A DNA stretch of 64,000 nt, from contig OX597815.1 of NCBI GenBank assembly GCA_951406725.2, positions 192,014,001-192,078,000 on the forward strand, given 5' to 3'. The notes beneath the pieces were generated by a model. The model was given only the letters and a program-made list of their open reading frames with translations, was not told where the DNA came from and did no database searches. Within the stretch, counting starts at the first letter, position 1. Each line of letters opens with the position of its first letter. A program made the position numbers and the translations under genes. The stretch is from Octopus vulgaris (lineage: Eukaryota). Shown one piece after another: positions 52,429 through 64,000 of the stretch.

Positions 52429-52494
52429 GGCTCAGGTGCACTGCAGTTCATTAGGAAAGGACAAAAGAGGAGACGGAATGCAGACATAAGCCAG
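52429..52494 (+). CDS. Candidate 66-nt phase 0/0 cassette exon, GSGALQFIRKGQKRRRNADISQ
   Basis: ctaat branch-like motif, tatttag acceptor and CAG|gtaaag donor. Length is divisible by 3 and only frame 0 is open, but the pyrimidine tract is short. Confidence 0.25.
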
Positions 52495-53871
52495 GTAAAG
52501 AATGAAAGCAATGGAAACCTAAATTAAAGAATAATTATCATCTTAATTATCTACTTAGATGTGGCGGCACAAGCATGGCTGTGTGGTAAGAACTTTGCTT
52601 CCCAACAACAACGTAGGTCCCAGGTTCAGTCCCACTGCGTGGCATCTTGAGCAAGTGTTTTCTACTACAGCTCTGTGATGACCAAAGCCTTTTGAGTGGA
52701 ATTGGCAAATGGGAACTGAAAGAAGCCCATCATGTGTATATATATCACCGTGATCACCGTGACCGACCAGGCTATCAGATGTTGTTACACATCGCTGGTG
52801 ACGATGCGCTTCACATTGTTTTAGCCTTCAAATGACGCCACCTCGCTGGCTAAACGAGCAGGCCAACAGTAGAAAGAGTGAGAGAAAGTTGTGGCGAAAG
52901 AGTACAGCAGGGTTTGCCAGCGCCCCCTGCCGGAGCCTCATGGAGCTTTTAGGTGTTTTTGCTCTATAAACACTCACAACGCCCGGTCTGGGAATCAAAA
53001 CCGCAATCCTACGACCGCGAGTCCGCTGCCCTAACCACTGTTACTGGGGTTGACTCGTTCAACTGAAAATTCATCAAGGTGGTGCTCCAGCATGGCCGTA
53101 GTCTAATGACTGACACATAAAAGGAAACAACAAATGATAATAAGCTTTTTATTTTCTTTTATTCATTTACTTGTTTCAGTCACTTGACTGTGGCCATGCT
53201 GGAGCATCACCTTTAGTCGAGCAAATCAACACTGGGACTTATTCTTTGTAAACCTAGTACTTATTCTATCAGTCACTTTAGCCGAACTGCTAAGTTATGG
53301 GCTCGTAAACACACCAGCATCAGTTGTCAAACGATGCTGGGGGGACAAACACAGACACACAAGCTCTCACACACATGCACACATACATACATATATATAT
53401 ATATGTATGTATGTATATATATATATGTATATTGTTTGTTCCTTCTCAAGCGATGCCTGGCTCATAGGGCCGGTTTCCCAGTTTCCTTGGCATATAGGTT
53501 CCGCAATTGGACGGGACGCCATTCCGTCGCAGGTGAGCTGCAAGATGCAGGAGGAAAGAGTGAGAGAAAGTTGTGGCGAAGTTCGCCATTGCCTTTTGCC
53601 AGAGCCGCATGGATCTTAGGTGTTTCGCTCATAAACACACACATCACCCAGTCTCAGATTCGAACCCTCGACTGTGAATCTGCTGCTCTAACCACTATGC
53701 CATGTGCCTACACACACACATGCATATATATATATATATGGTGTTAGGAAGGGCATCCAGCCATAGAAACATTGCCAGATCAGACTGGGCCTGGTGCAGC
53801 CTTCTGGCTTCCCAGACCCCAGTTGAACTGTCCAGCCCATGCTAACATGGAAAGCGGACGCTAAACGATGA

Positions 53872-53906
<35 letters not shown>

Positions 53907-53964
53907 AGGCTTCTTTCGGTTTCCGTTTACCAAATCCACTCACAAGGCTTTGGTCGGCCTGAGG

Positions 53965-54067
53965 CATTAGTCAGAGAAACATTGTGTTAACGACAAACAA
54001 GATGAGGACAAATATCTGTCAATTGTAAATAATCTACATAATTCCTCATCTCTTAAATATAGAACTG
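53965..54067 (-). mobile_element. Probable Tc1/mariner-type MITE end
   Basis: The - strand reads TA|cagttctatatttaagagatgagg. It interrupts a SINE A copy, and only one end is visible. Confidence 0.35.
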
Positions 54068-54947
54068 TAGTAGGACACACTTGCCCGAGGCTATAGTAGA
54101 AGACACTTGCCTGAGGTGCCATGCAGTGGGACTGAACTCGGAACCATGTGGTTGGTAAGCAAGAATAACATCATCTTAGATTATCTACTTAGATGTATGC
54201 ACAAGCATGGCTGTGTGGTAAGAACCCTTTGCTTCCCAACTACAACGTGGGTCCCAGGTTCAGCTCCCACTGCGTGGCATCTATATTTTCACTACATCGT
54301 CCATATGCTGTCATTGTTGTAGATTGCTTTCCAAAGAGAGAAGGGGTCGTAGATGAGTTGATTGATGTTGTTCAACTGAAAATTCATCAAGGTGGTGTTC
54401 CAGCAAAAGAGGAGACAGTCCTATGACTGACACATGAAAGAAAACACAAATGGAAACCAGAAACAATAAGAAAATTTGGGGGGTAAAATACTAAAAAAGA
54501 AACAAAGAAAAATATCAAATAACAATATTAAATATAAAGAAAAAAAAAGAATGTTATCTTAGAAATAATTAGTTCAATTTTAAATGAACAAGCTGCTAAT
54601 TAACTAATTAATTTATAGAATATTTCATCAAAGACATCTTAATCGAAAAATATGAAGAAACGATAATGAATACATGAGATAACATCACGTGTTGATGTGA
54701 ATATGTGTTACTGGCATAGAATCTCTTCTCTAAAGAAATTGAGATGAAAGATGGCTATAGAATTGGTGCTTGTCTGTGTGGCTATGAAGAAATTTGCTTT
54801 GCAATTGTGTGGTTTTGGGATTTGGTTCCACTGCTTGCCATCTTGGAGTGAATGTTTTCTACTGCTTAGCATAGTCTCTGGTTGACAAAAGCCATGAAAT
54901 TAAAATTTAGTGGTTAGAAACTGTACTGAAACCTATCGTTCATAATA

Positions 54948-55252
54948 ATGTGGCACGTAACAAACACCATCCGATCGTGGCCATGCCAGCCTTACCTGGC
55001 CTCTGTGCCAGTGGCACGTAAAAAACACCATCCGAGCGTGGCCGTTCGCCAGCCTCGTCTGGCACCTGTGTCGGTGGCACATAAAAAGCACCTACTACAC
55101 TCACAGAGTGGTTGGCATTAGGAAGGACATCCAGCTGTAGAAACACTGCCAGATCTGACTGGAGCCTGGTGCAGCCTCCTGGCTTCCCAGACCCCAGTTG
55201 AACCGTCCAACCCATGCTAGCATGGAAAGCGGACGTTAAACGATGATGATGA
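54948..55252 (+). mobile_element. RTE LINE 3' end with three modules and (GAT)n tail
   Basis: Same tail as 37417-37581. Other copies lie at 47300-47545(-), 49680-49930(-), 53738-53873(+) and 62505-62965(-). Confidence 0.85.
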
Positions 55253-55555
55253 ATAACCTCAGTGTTTGATTGGTAGTTTATTTCATCAACCCAGAAAGTA
55301 TAAAAAGCAAAGTCAACTTTGGTAGAATTTGAACTCAGAACATTAAGATGAACAAAATGTCTCTGAGCATTTCGTCTGGCACTTTAAAATACCAATGGTT
55401 CTGTTAGCTTGTCACCTGGGTTATAGCTATAAGTCTTATATAATTTTACATTTTCATATCTATTGTTCTAGAGTACCCCGCGTTGGTACCCTTCAGATTC
55501 AAAACTAGTAATGGTTGTTATGGGGACTAGTTTTCTGGTGGATGTAATTCTAAGG

Positions 55556-55927
55556 TTATTACCTCCACCGTAGCAAAGGGAGAGGTATTGTTTACAGTTG
55601 TGTTTGTTTGTTTGTCCATAGACAAGATATCTCAAGAACCACTGGATGGATTTGGATGAAACTTTCAAAGATGTTTGACCTCATGACTGGCATGAACTGA
55701 ATAGCTTTTGGGATCGATCCGGTACCGGACAAGGATTCTGGATTATTTTTCTTCTTCTTTTTTACTTAATTTTTGAAAGCGGTAGTGCTTGTTTTTAGTA
55801 TTCTTGTTTGTGAGAGCAGTCGAGTTTATTTCAGATATTCTCATCTTAAAAATCATCTCCGGTTAATCGTTGAGTCGACGGTGTTGCCTTGGTGGAGGTT
55901 TGCTCTCTCTGAGTGCTTGTGTTAGTT
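55556..55927 (+). mobile_element. Helentron-associated (HINE/DINE-1-like) non-autonomous element
   Basis: Subterminal inverted repeats acctccacc / ggtggaggt, an internal (gttt)n, a decayed 3' hairpin gctctctctgagtgc, and T-rich flanks. Confidence 0.65.
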
Positions 55928-56127
55928 TTGTTTTGCTTCACGTTTTACCATGATCAAGATATTCAAAGATTCTCCTTCCAGCCCTGACCAGTTCATCTTA
56001 TTGGAAGGTCATATTATATCTTGAGCATTATCCAAATCTATTTTTTATCTTTTAACTTTTACTTCTCTCAGTCAATAGAAAGGAATATGAGGAAATAAAC
56101 AGAGAGAATATATATATATATATATAA

Positions 56128-56580
56128 GCTGGCTACCTGCATGGTTCTTGGTCTCAAGCATTTGTCTTATGAAGAAAGGCTGAAGACGCTCGACCTTTAT
56201 TCTCTAGAAAAACGCTGCCGCCGTGGTGATCTCATTCTCGCTCACAACATCATAAGCAGAAAGTGTAACCTCTCGAAAGAGCTGTTCTTCACTCCTGCTT
56301 CAGAGCGTCGGCTGCGGGGTCACTCCAAAAAAGCTCTATCTGCGACGATTTCATCTCAATCGAAGGAGAGGGGCTTTCTCCGTCCGGGTTGCGGGTCCGT
56401 GGAATAAGCTGCTGGACAAGATAGTGAAGATGCCAACGACTGCTCGGTTCAAAGTCTCTCTTGACCAGAAATGGCCTGAACTCTTTGCATGAACACCCTC
56501 CCTGTACATTACTCCATGTCCTCCTACATGGCCTCGCTTTTTGCTTTTTGAGCCAAAAAATTAACTTAACTTAACTAACT
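56128..56580 (+). pseudogene. CR1-type LINE ORF2 3' fragment with (aact/aactt)n tail
   Basis: LSYEERLKTLDLYSLEKRCRRGDLI...LRGHSKK, then after a frameshift FSVRVAGPWNKL...FKVSLD. Confidence 0.9.
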
Positions 56581-56611
<31 letters not shown>

Positions 56612-56682
56612 ACAACTAGGTTCTGTATGTCTACCAAATTCACTCACATGGCATTAGTTGGCAAGACCCATGGTGCCATTCA

Positions 56683-57062
56683 GTGCCATCCCTGGGCATG
56701 GATTCACTGAAGCTCCGGCGTCTGGCAATGGACTTGGTAAACACCCACAAAGTTATCAACCACCTCACCAACAACAACACTGAACACCTTTTTGATCTCC
56801 ATGTGTCTAACACACGTGGACATGCCTACAAAGTCAGAAAACAACACAGCTCCCATGACTTTCGGAAACATTTTTTCATGCTCAGAGTTGCTGAAGCATG
56901 GAACAAACTGCCTGCGTCAGATGTTGACTGCCATGACACTGCATCCTTTAAGGACCTCATGCTTTCCGAAATCCGCCGAAACTACACCTGATTATATATA
57001 CACTTTAGATGAGTTGTAGTGCACCTGAGCACTGTACATAATGTTTTATTATTATTATTATA
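56683..57062 (+). pseudogene. Second CR1-type LINE ORF2 3' fragment with (tta)n tail
   Basis: LGMDSLKLRRLAMDL...NTRGHAYKV...RKHFFMLRVAEAWNKLP...FK. Confidence 0.9.
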
Positions 57063-58036
57063 AATCATAGTTTTCAAGTGAGCTTCTTAACCATACGGCT
57101 GTACTTCTCTTACATATTTTTCCTTTCCTTTTAAGTCCATACAAATATGATTTGAGTGTGGCAAATTCAGCAGCTATTTCTTGTAAGTCAATTGACAACA
57201 TAGATCTGTCTTTATTTGCTGTTCATTCAGTGAATTCACGTGAGATGTTGCAGAGCAGACAATCTGTTTATCATTTCAATGTCTACAAAATAAATTCATT
57301 TTTTTTATCTTCCTTTCAGTTTCTGACTGTATAAAATATCACGTATCTCTCTTCCACACGTACTTCCCTCTCTTTCTAAGCTGTTCTGTGTCTGCACAGC
57401 TTATAAAGTGAAACGTGTTCAAGGGAGATAATTACATGATTAGTTCCTACCTATTTATATACTCATTATTTAAGCGACTTGCCACATTTCTCCTTGTTCC
57501 TCACCTTCTAGTTTCTTCCATATAACCTCAAAAAAAAATGGCAGAAAAAGATGAAGAACAACAACAAGGAAAAAAATTTTCGTTTAAAACATTCTCTCTT
57601 TGACACATCTTATTTCTGAATATTTTTTCCAATTTTTTTTTATAATATTTGAAATTCTAGCATTTAACTTCCTGTGTTGTCTTTGAGAAATGACTTTGGA
57701 TTCTCAACAAAATTTTGTTTTCTTTATTTCTTTCTTTCTTAATTTATTTATTTACAGATTTTTATCTTTCATTTTACATTTATTTATTTATTTATTTATT
57801 CCGTGTTTTTTTAAGAAAGCTGTAAGGGTAGAAAGGAAAGGAAATCAGCATTAACAATATAAGTTTTAGGAACAGCATCATGTTGAAAGTTTCTGAATAC
57901 AGCGAGGAGCAGGAACGAGGGGTAGCGGGTGGGGGGTGGGGGAAGAAAAGGGAAATGTGTGAAGAAGGTTAAATTCTTGACTCATAAAAAGAGTAATAAT
58001 TTTTTTTTTTTTTTGCTATTTAAAAAAATTTTCATT

Positions 58037-58067
58037 TATGAAAATTCTGTTCATTCTCTAATGATGA

Positions 58068-58101
<34 letters not shown>

Positions 58102-58440
58102 GGAAATGCTGGTAGTGGTGGTAATGATGATGGTGATGATGATAATGGAGGCAGTAGAGGTGGTGGTGGTGGTGGTGGTGGTGATGTGAGTGAATGATGA
58201 TGATGAGAATGATGACTATTGATGATGATGATGATGATATGAAAATTCTGTTCATTCTCTAATGATGATGATGATGGTGGTGGTGGTGTTGGAGATGCTG
58301 GTAGTGGTGGTAATGACGATGATGGTGATGATGATAATGGAGGCAGTGGTGGTGGTGGTGGTGATGTGAGTGGATGATGATGATAGTAGTAATGATGATG
58401 ATGATCAGAATGATGACTATTGATGATGATGATGATAATA
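58037..58440. repeat. Tandem duplication (2 x ~200 bp) of a compound (GAT/GGT)n block
   Basis: The unique anchors atgaaaattctgttcattctcta and gaatgatgactatt each occur twice. Confidence 0.9.
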
Positions 58441-58987
58441 ACAAGGAAGAAGTTGTTTTTTTTTAAAGGAAAAAAAAATAGACAATTGCATAGAACTAAG
58501 AGGTTAAAAAAAAAGGTGAGAACTAAACAAAAACAAAATAAGAAAAAACACAAATGCAACAAAATTTTGTTTTAAAATGGCTGCTGTAAAATATCAGATT
58601 TGTTAAAAAAAAAAATAAACCAGCTGCCAAAATAAAAAAACAAAAAACAAAAAGAATGCCAAAAGAAAAAAAGAAACAGAAAGAAAAATCTCAGTATTGG
58701 AATCTAGCATAGGCATTACTACGAAAAGGTTAAGGAAACGGTTGACTGAAATAAAGGTGGAATAGCAACAACAACAACAATAGCAGCAGCAGCAGCAGCA
58801 GGAATAACAACAACAGCAACTGCAGCAGTGATATAAGTGTAATGCATCTCTTGAGTCAGAAGTGCATGCATATTGAGTATTGCTTCGGTAAAGGATTAAT
58901 GGTTATAGATCTTGTTTCCCCATAAATACAAGCTGCAGGATTTTAGGGGATGAATATGTAATAATAATAATAATAATAATAATAGTA

Positions 58988-59299
58988 GGCGCAGGAGTGG
59001 CTGTGTGGTAAGTAGCTTGTTTACCAACCACATGGTTCCGGGTTCAGTCCCACTGCGTGGCACCTTGGGCAAGTGTCTTCTACTATAGCCTCGGGCCGAC
59101 CAAAGCCTTGAGAGTGAATTTGGTAGACCGATGTTGGTGTGTTTACGTCCCCGTTACTTAGCGGTTCGGCAAAAGAGACCGATAGAATAAGTACTGGGCT
59201 TACAAAAGAATAAGTCCCGGGGTCGAGTTTCTCGATTAAAGGTGGTGCTCCAGCATGGCTACAGTCAAATGACTGAAACAAGTAAAAGAGTAAAGAGTA
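58988..59299 (+). mobile_element. SINE family A with an internal deletion removing the microsatellite
   Basis: ggtagac is joined directly to cgatgttgg. Confidence 0.85.
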
Positions 59300-59591
59300 A
59301 TAATCATAATAATCATAATAATAATAATAATCCTTTATACTAAAGGCACAGGGCCTGGGATTCTGGGTGAGGGAGCTTATCAACATCAATACTCACCTGA
59401 TACTCTTTTGCTTGTTTCAATCATTTGACTGTGGCCATGCTGGAGCACCACCTTTAGTCGAGCAAATCGACACCAGGATTTTATTCTTTGTAAGCCTAGT
59501 ACTTATTCTATCGGTGTCTTTTGCCGAACCGCTAAGTTACGGGGACGTAAACAAACCAGCATTGGTTGTCAAGCGATGTTGTTGGGGACGA

Positions 59592-60170
59592 CCTAAGAAG
59601 CATCAGATGTGGTGTGCAAGAGAGACTACTGCGCTAGTATGGTCATGTGGTGAGAATGGATGAGGATAGCTGTGTGAAAAAGTGCCACACCCTAGCGGTT
59701 CAGGGGACCTGTGGAAGAGGTAGACCTGGGATGAAGTGGTGAAGCGCGACCTTCGAACATCAGGCCTCACCAAGCAATGACTAGTGACCGAGACTGTTGG
59801 ATATATGCTGTGCTTGAGAAGACTTAGCAAGCCAAATGAGACCATAACCTTGTGGCCTATGCCAGGGGTGTAACCAGCCCACTTATGCATACCTTTCCTT
59901 CATTGGACTCTAAACTCTGCTTGCGAAGACCTGTTGAGGTAAGTGAAATTGAAATAAAATTCGATGACTGGTGTCTGTGCTAGTGGAGCGCTAAGAGGAT
60001 CATCCGAGCGTGATTGTTGTCAGAGCAACTAACTGGCTTCCATGCAAGTGATCGTTACCAGTGTCACCTTACTGGCACTTGTGCCAGTGGCACATGAAAT
60101 AACATTCGAGGGAGGTCATTGCCAGTGCTGCTGGACTGGCCCCTATGCAGGTGGCACATAAAAAACACCA
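59592..60170 (+). pseudogene. RTE LINE ORF2 C-terminus plus start of the 3' UTR
   Basis: Translates as IRCGVQERLLR*YGHVVRMDEDSCVKKC...GTCGRGRP..WDEVVKRDL...DRDCW.YAVLEKT, the RTE W-GHV-RM/RGRP/DR--W signature. This links the module-bearing UTR to RTE. Confidence 0.85.
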
Positions 60171-60936
60171 TATATATACAAGAAGCTTCTTTCAGTTTCC
60201 ATCTACCAAATCCACTCACAAGGCTTTGGACAGCCTGAGGCTAGAGTAGAAGACACTTTCCCAAGGTGCCATACAGTGGGACTGAACCTAGAACCATATA
60301 GTTGGGAAGCAAGCTTCTTACCACAGAACCGCTCCTGCACTTGTCTATCAAATTCATTCACAAGACATTGGTCAGCCTAAAGCTATAGTAGAAGACACTT
60401 GCTCAAATTGCTGCACGTTGGGATTGAACATGAAACCACAGCATTGCAAAGTGAGCTGCTTAACCATGCAGTCATGTCTTTGCCTAAAGCTCTTAAACAT
60501 AAAAGCTGCAAATGAGGAAGTTAATAGTGAATAAAAATCAAAATAGAAAAGATATTTTGTTTCAAAGTCTATTTTTTTAGAATTTCTTTTTATTTTATTG
60601 TAAAAATATTTTATAGATTGAAGGTTTCATATTTTAAAAGCTAAAATTAAAATTCAAACTCAATATCTAATTTAATTAAGAAGATGAAATTTGAAATTGT
60701 ATTAATAAAAAAATACATTTAGTTTTCCATTTTTCAGATATAGTTTATAAAAAAAGTAAATAACTATCTGAGTTTTATTTATTTAGAATTTAAAATTTAA
60801 AAGCATAAAAAGCACCACGTGATGGAATTGAGAAATATCCTTTCTACTTTGACAAATTCTGGTATTGACTGATGTAAATATGGAACTAAGAGACTGAGCT
60901 GAAGAATTTTTCAATGTTTTAAGCTATTATTTCTAC

Positions 60937-61498
60937 CATTGTTTTAGCCTTCAAATGACGCCACCTCACTGGCTAAGTGAGCAGGCCAACAGAAGAAAGA
61001 GTGAGAGAAAGTTGTGGCAAAAGAGTACTGCAGGGATCGCCACCACCATCCCTTGCTGGAGCCTCGTGGAGCTTTAGGTGTTTTCGCTCAATAAACACTC
61101 ACAACACCCGGTCTGGGAATCGAAACCGCGCCCCTACGACCGCAAGTCCGCTGCCCTAACCACTGGGCCATTGCGCCTCCACACAAATATATATATATGT
61201 AAAATGTCGCCCTCTTCAAGCCTAGCCAGGTTCATGGGCCCGATTTCTGTGGTGTATGTGTTCCCCTCAGCTGGGCGGGATGCCAGTCCATCGCAGTGTT
61301 ACTCAAGAAACAGGAAGAGAGAGTGAGAGAAAATTGTGGTGAAAGAGTACAACAGGGGTCGCCACCACCCCCTGCTGGAGCCTCGTGGAGCTTTTAGGTG
61401 TTTTTGCTCAATAAACACACACAACGCTCGGTCTGGGAATTGAAACCGCGATCCTCCGACCATGAGTCCGCTGCCCTAACCACTGGGCCATTGCACCT

Positions 61499-61501
<3 letters not shown>
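60937..61501 (-). mobile_element. Two adjacent family C SINEs with different tails
   Basis: Heads end at ~61181 and ~61501. Confidence 0.85.
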
Positions 61502-61531
<30 letters not shown>

Positions 61532-61534
<3 letters not shown>

Positions 61535-61734
61535 TCTTTACTCTTTTACTTGTTTCAGTCATTTGACTACGGCCATGCTGGAGCACCGCCTTTAGTCGAG
61601 CAACTCGACCCTGGGACTTATTCTTTGTAAGCCCAGTACTTATTCTATCGGTCTCTTGTGCCGAACCGCTAAGTGACGGGGACATAAACACACCAGCATC
61701 GGTTGTCAAGCAATGCTAGGGGGACAAACACACA

Positions 61735-61780
<46 letters not shown>

Positions 61781-61939
61781 TACAATGGGCTTCTTTCAGT
61801 TTCCGTCTACCAAATCCACTCACAAGGTTTTGGTCGGCCCGGGGCTATAGTAGAAGACACTTGCCCAAGGTGCCACGCAGTGGGACTGAACCCAGAACCA
61901 TGTGGTTGGTAAGCAAGCTACTTACCACACAGCCACTCA
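61532..61939 (-). mobile_element. SINE family A, full length
   Basis: Matches family A. Confidence 0.9.
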
Positions 61940-62324
61940 TATCTTTACAGTCTGGCATATATACAAAAATATCCAACATTTTTCGTCTTTCAAACAACAT
62001 ATTTTACTAGTCTTTATTTATTTATTTATGTTTCTCCTGATTTATGGATAAGTTCAGGGTTTGAAGAAAAAAAAAAACAACAAAAAGACTTCTCTTCTCA
62101 GCTTCGACTGCTTGATTTTCCAGTCTCTTACTGTAATTCCGTGTTATTGATCGTAAGTGTAAAGTTTTGATTTAAGGGCTTACACCTATCTAACTATATT
62201 TGACTTATGTCGTTCTCCCGTGATTCATTTTTATTTTCTTTATGAGAGAGAATATGAAGGGATCGGGAAGAAAGTGGAGGGTGTTTGGTATATGATATTT
62301 TCGGTCTCTCCTTCTTTTTATAAA

Positions 62325-62362
62325 ATGGCAAGGAATTCTAATCTGGTTGAAAACCTTTGTAG
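62325..62362 (+). CDS. Candidate first coding exon MARNSNLVENLC(R), phase-2 donor
   Basis: aaaATGG start context and AG|gtaggt donor in a repeat-free island. No homology recognised. Confidence 0.22.
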
Positions 62363-63125
62363 GTAGGTAACTAACTGTGATTTTTAAAAGACTATAGTTA
62401 AATGTACATATATATATATATATAAATAGATGTCTATATGTCTTTTAAAATGACATATTACATATGCATACTCGCATATATGCATGCATACATACACACA
62501 TAATCATCATCATCATCATCATTTAACATCTGCTTTCCGTGCTAGCATGGGTTGGATGATTTGCCTGAGGACTGGCGAACCAGATGACTGCACCAGGCTC
62601 CAATCTTGATCTGGCAGAGTTTCTACAGCTGGATGCCCTTCCTAATGCCAACTACTCTGAGGGTATAGTGGGTGCTTTTACATGCCACCGGCACGAGGGC
62701 CAGTCAGGCGGTACTGGCAACAGCCACGCTCAAATGGTGTTTTTTTTGTGCCACCTGCACAGGAGCCAGTCCAGCGGCACTGGCAATGACTTCATTCAAA
62801 TGTATTTCATGTGCCACCAGCACAAGTGCCAGTAAGGTGATGCTGGTAATATTCACGCTCGAATGGTGCTTTTTACATGGCACCAGCACGGAAGCCAGTT
62901 TCCTGCTCTGGCAACGATCATGCTTGGATGGTGCTCTTAGCGCTCCACTAGCATGGATGCCAGTCATAAAACTAGGCATATAAATCTGCACATATACATG
63001 CATACATACATACATATAAAAAAATTCCCTGTTGATGTTAAAACCCAAATGAAGGATTTCTCTATAGACAAGAAATCTTGAAATAAAACTGAATAATGAC
63101 ATACATACATACACACATACACACA

Positions 63126-63519
63126 TCTTCATATATAAAAGTAAGGTTGTGTGCTGTCTGTCTCCTACGATTTAGATTTCTAACTACTCCCACATTTTGC
63201 GGTGCAGTTTAACCAAAACCGGGTATCTTATAGTCATGATTCATATCGAGCTCTTCTGGGTATTAGCGCGCGTCTACGATGAGTCTACGATTTTAAAAAT
63301 AATTTACCATCAATTTTTCCCATTTTTAATGCATTTTTGGCATATATAAGGGAAGTAACTCTCTAAAAGTTTATTATTAAATCTCAGAACGTAAAAAGCT
63401 ACAGTAACACCCCCTTTGTGGTTAGCCATATTGAGATGGCTATTATACTTTACATCTCTAAAAATGCTTATATAGTTATTTCCCTTACAAACCTGAGCAA
63501 CGCCGGGCGATACTGCTAG
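63126..63519 (+). mobile_element. Non-autonomous Helitron, complete ends
   Basis: A|TC...CTAG|T with no TSD and a subterminal hairpin cctg/cggg (cccg/cggg in the copy at 1619). Confidence 0.8.
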
Positions 63520-63537
63520 TACATAATACAAATATAC

Positions 63538-63884
63538 ATGATGGCTGCCCCCTCGTTATCGAGTATGGCCATTGCACGATGCTTAACTGTTATTGGTGCT
63601 GTGATCGAATGTGACTTTTTAGCCCAGCCAAAGATCTACAATGTCTTGTACAGAATTGGCAACTAAAACCTTTACCAGTAATAGCCGGCTGTAGTTGTAA
63701 CTGGGCTTCATGTACCTTTGCATGTCGTTTAAGTCCTCCTGCCGAATTACACTCTCTTCCACATGCCTGACAGATATGATTGGTATGGTGTGTTACACCA
63801 CCACCACCAGTGGCCAGGTTGTCATTCATCTGTCTCGCTTTATGACTACGAAGATGACTCTTGAGTCCAGCTACTTTTGATAAA
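63538..63884 (-). pseudogene. 5'-truncated LINE end (probably RTE-related) encoding 2.5 C2H2-type zinc fingers
   Basis: AGLKSHLRSH...CQACGRECNSAGGLKRHAKVH...CQFCTRHCRSLAGLKSHIRSQH*. There are no TGEKPY linkers, the short 3' UTR ends cagccatcat, and the 5' end abuts a (tgta)n tract. Confidence 0.6.
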
Positions 63885-64000
63885 TATACATACATACATA
63901 CACATAGTGTATTTGTGTGTTTGAAGTAGTGTACAGGTATAATATATAATAAAAGAGAGGTTGTCAAACTCTTTGATAGTTATTTATTTTGTGCTTTCAT

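Overview
AT-rich eukaryotic DNA, almost entirely transposon remnants and microsatellites. The repeat repertoire (tRNA-headed SINEs with an internal TA/TG microsatellite, RTE tails ending in (GAT)n, Penelope-type fragments inside (TA)n) looks like an octopus/cephalopod intron or intergenic region. That assignment is an inference from pattern recognition, not a database match. I see no intact gene, rRNA, true tRNA or CRISPR array, and nearly all ORF-track entries are microsatellite or antisense-SINE artefacts. Supported content: about 25 copies or fragments of one ~400-bp SINE family plus three other SINE families; fossil RTE, CR1-type, Tc1 and hAT coding fragments; Helitron/Helentron-type elements; TTAA-flanked piggyBac-type MITE multimers; foldback MITEs; several minimal hammerhead-ribozyme motifs; and a few small candidate exons on the + strand (4479-4511, 23707-23759, 52429-52494, 62325-62362). 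The most interesting unexplained signals are (i) a tandemly repeated H-type pseudoknot module in the RTE 3' UTR, also expanded into a 26-bp minisatellite, and (ii) many local templated or inverted duplications, including a four-donor mosaic at 54.2-54.5 kb. Repeat boundaries were read by eye and are approximate.
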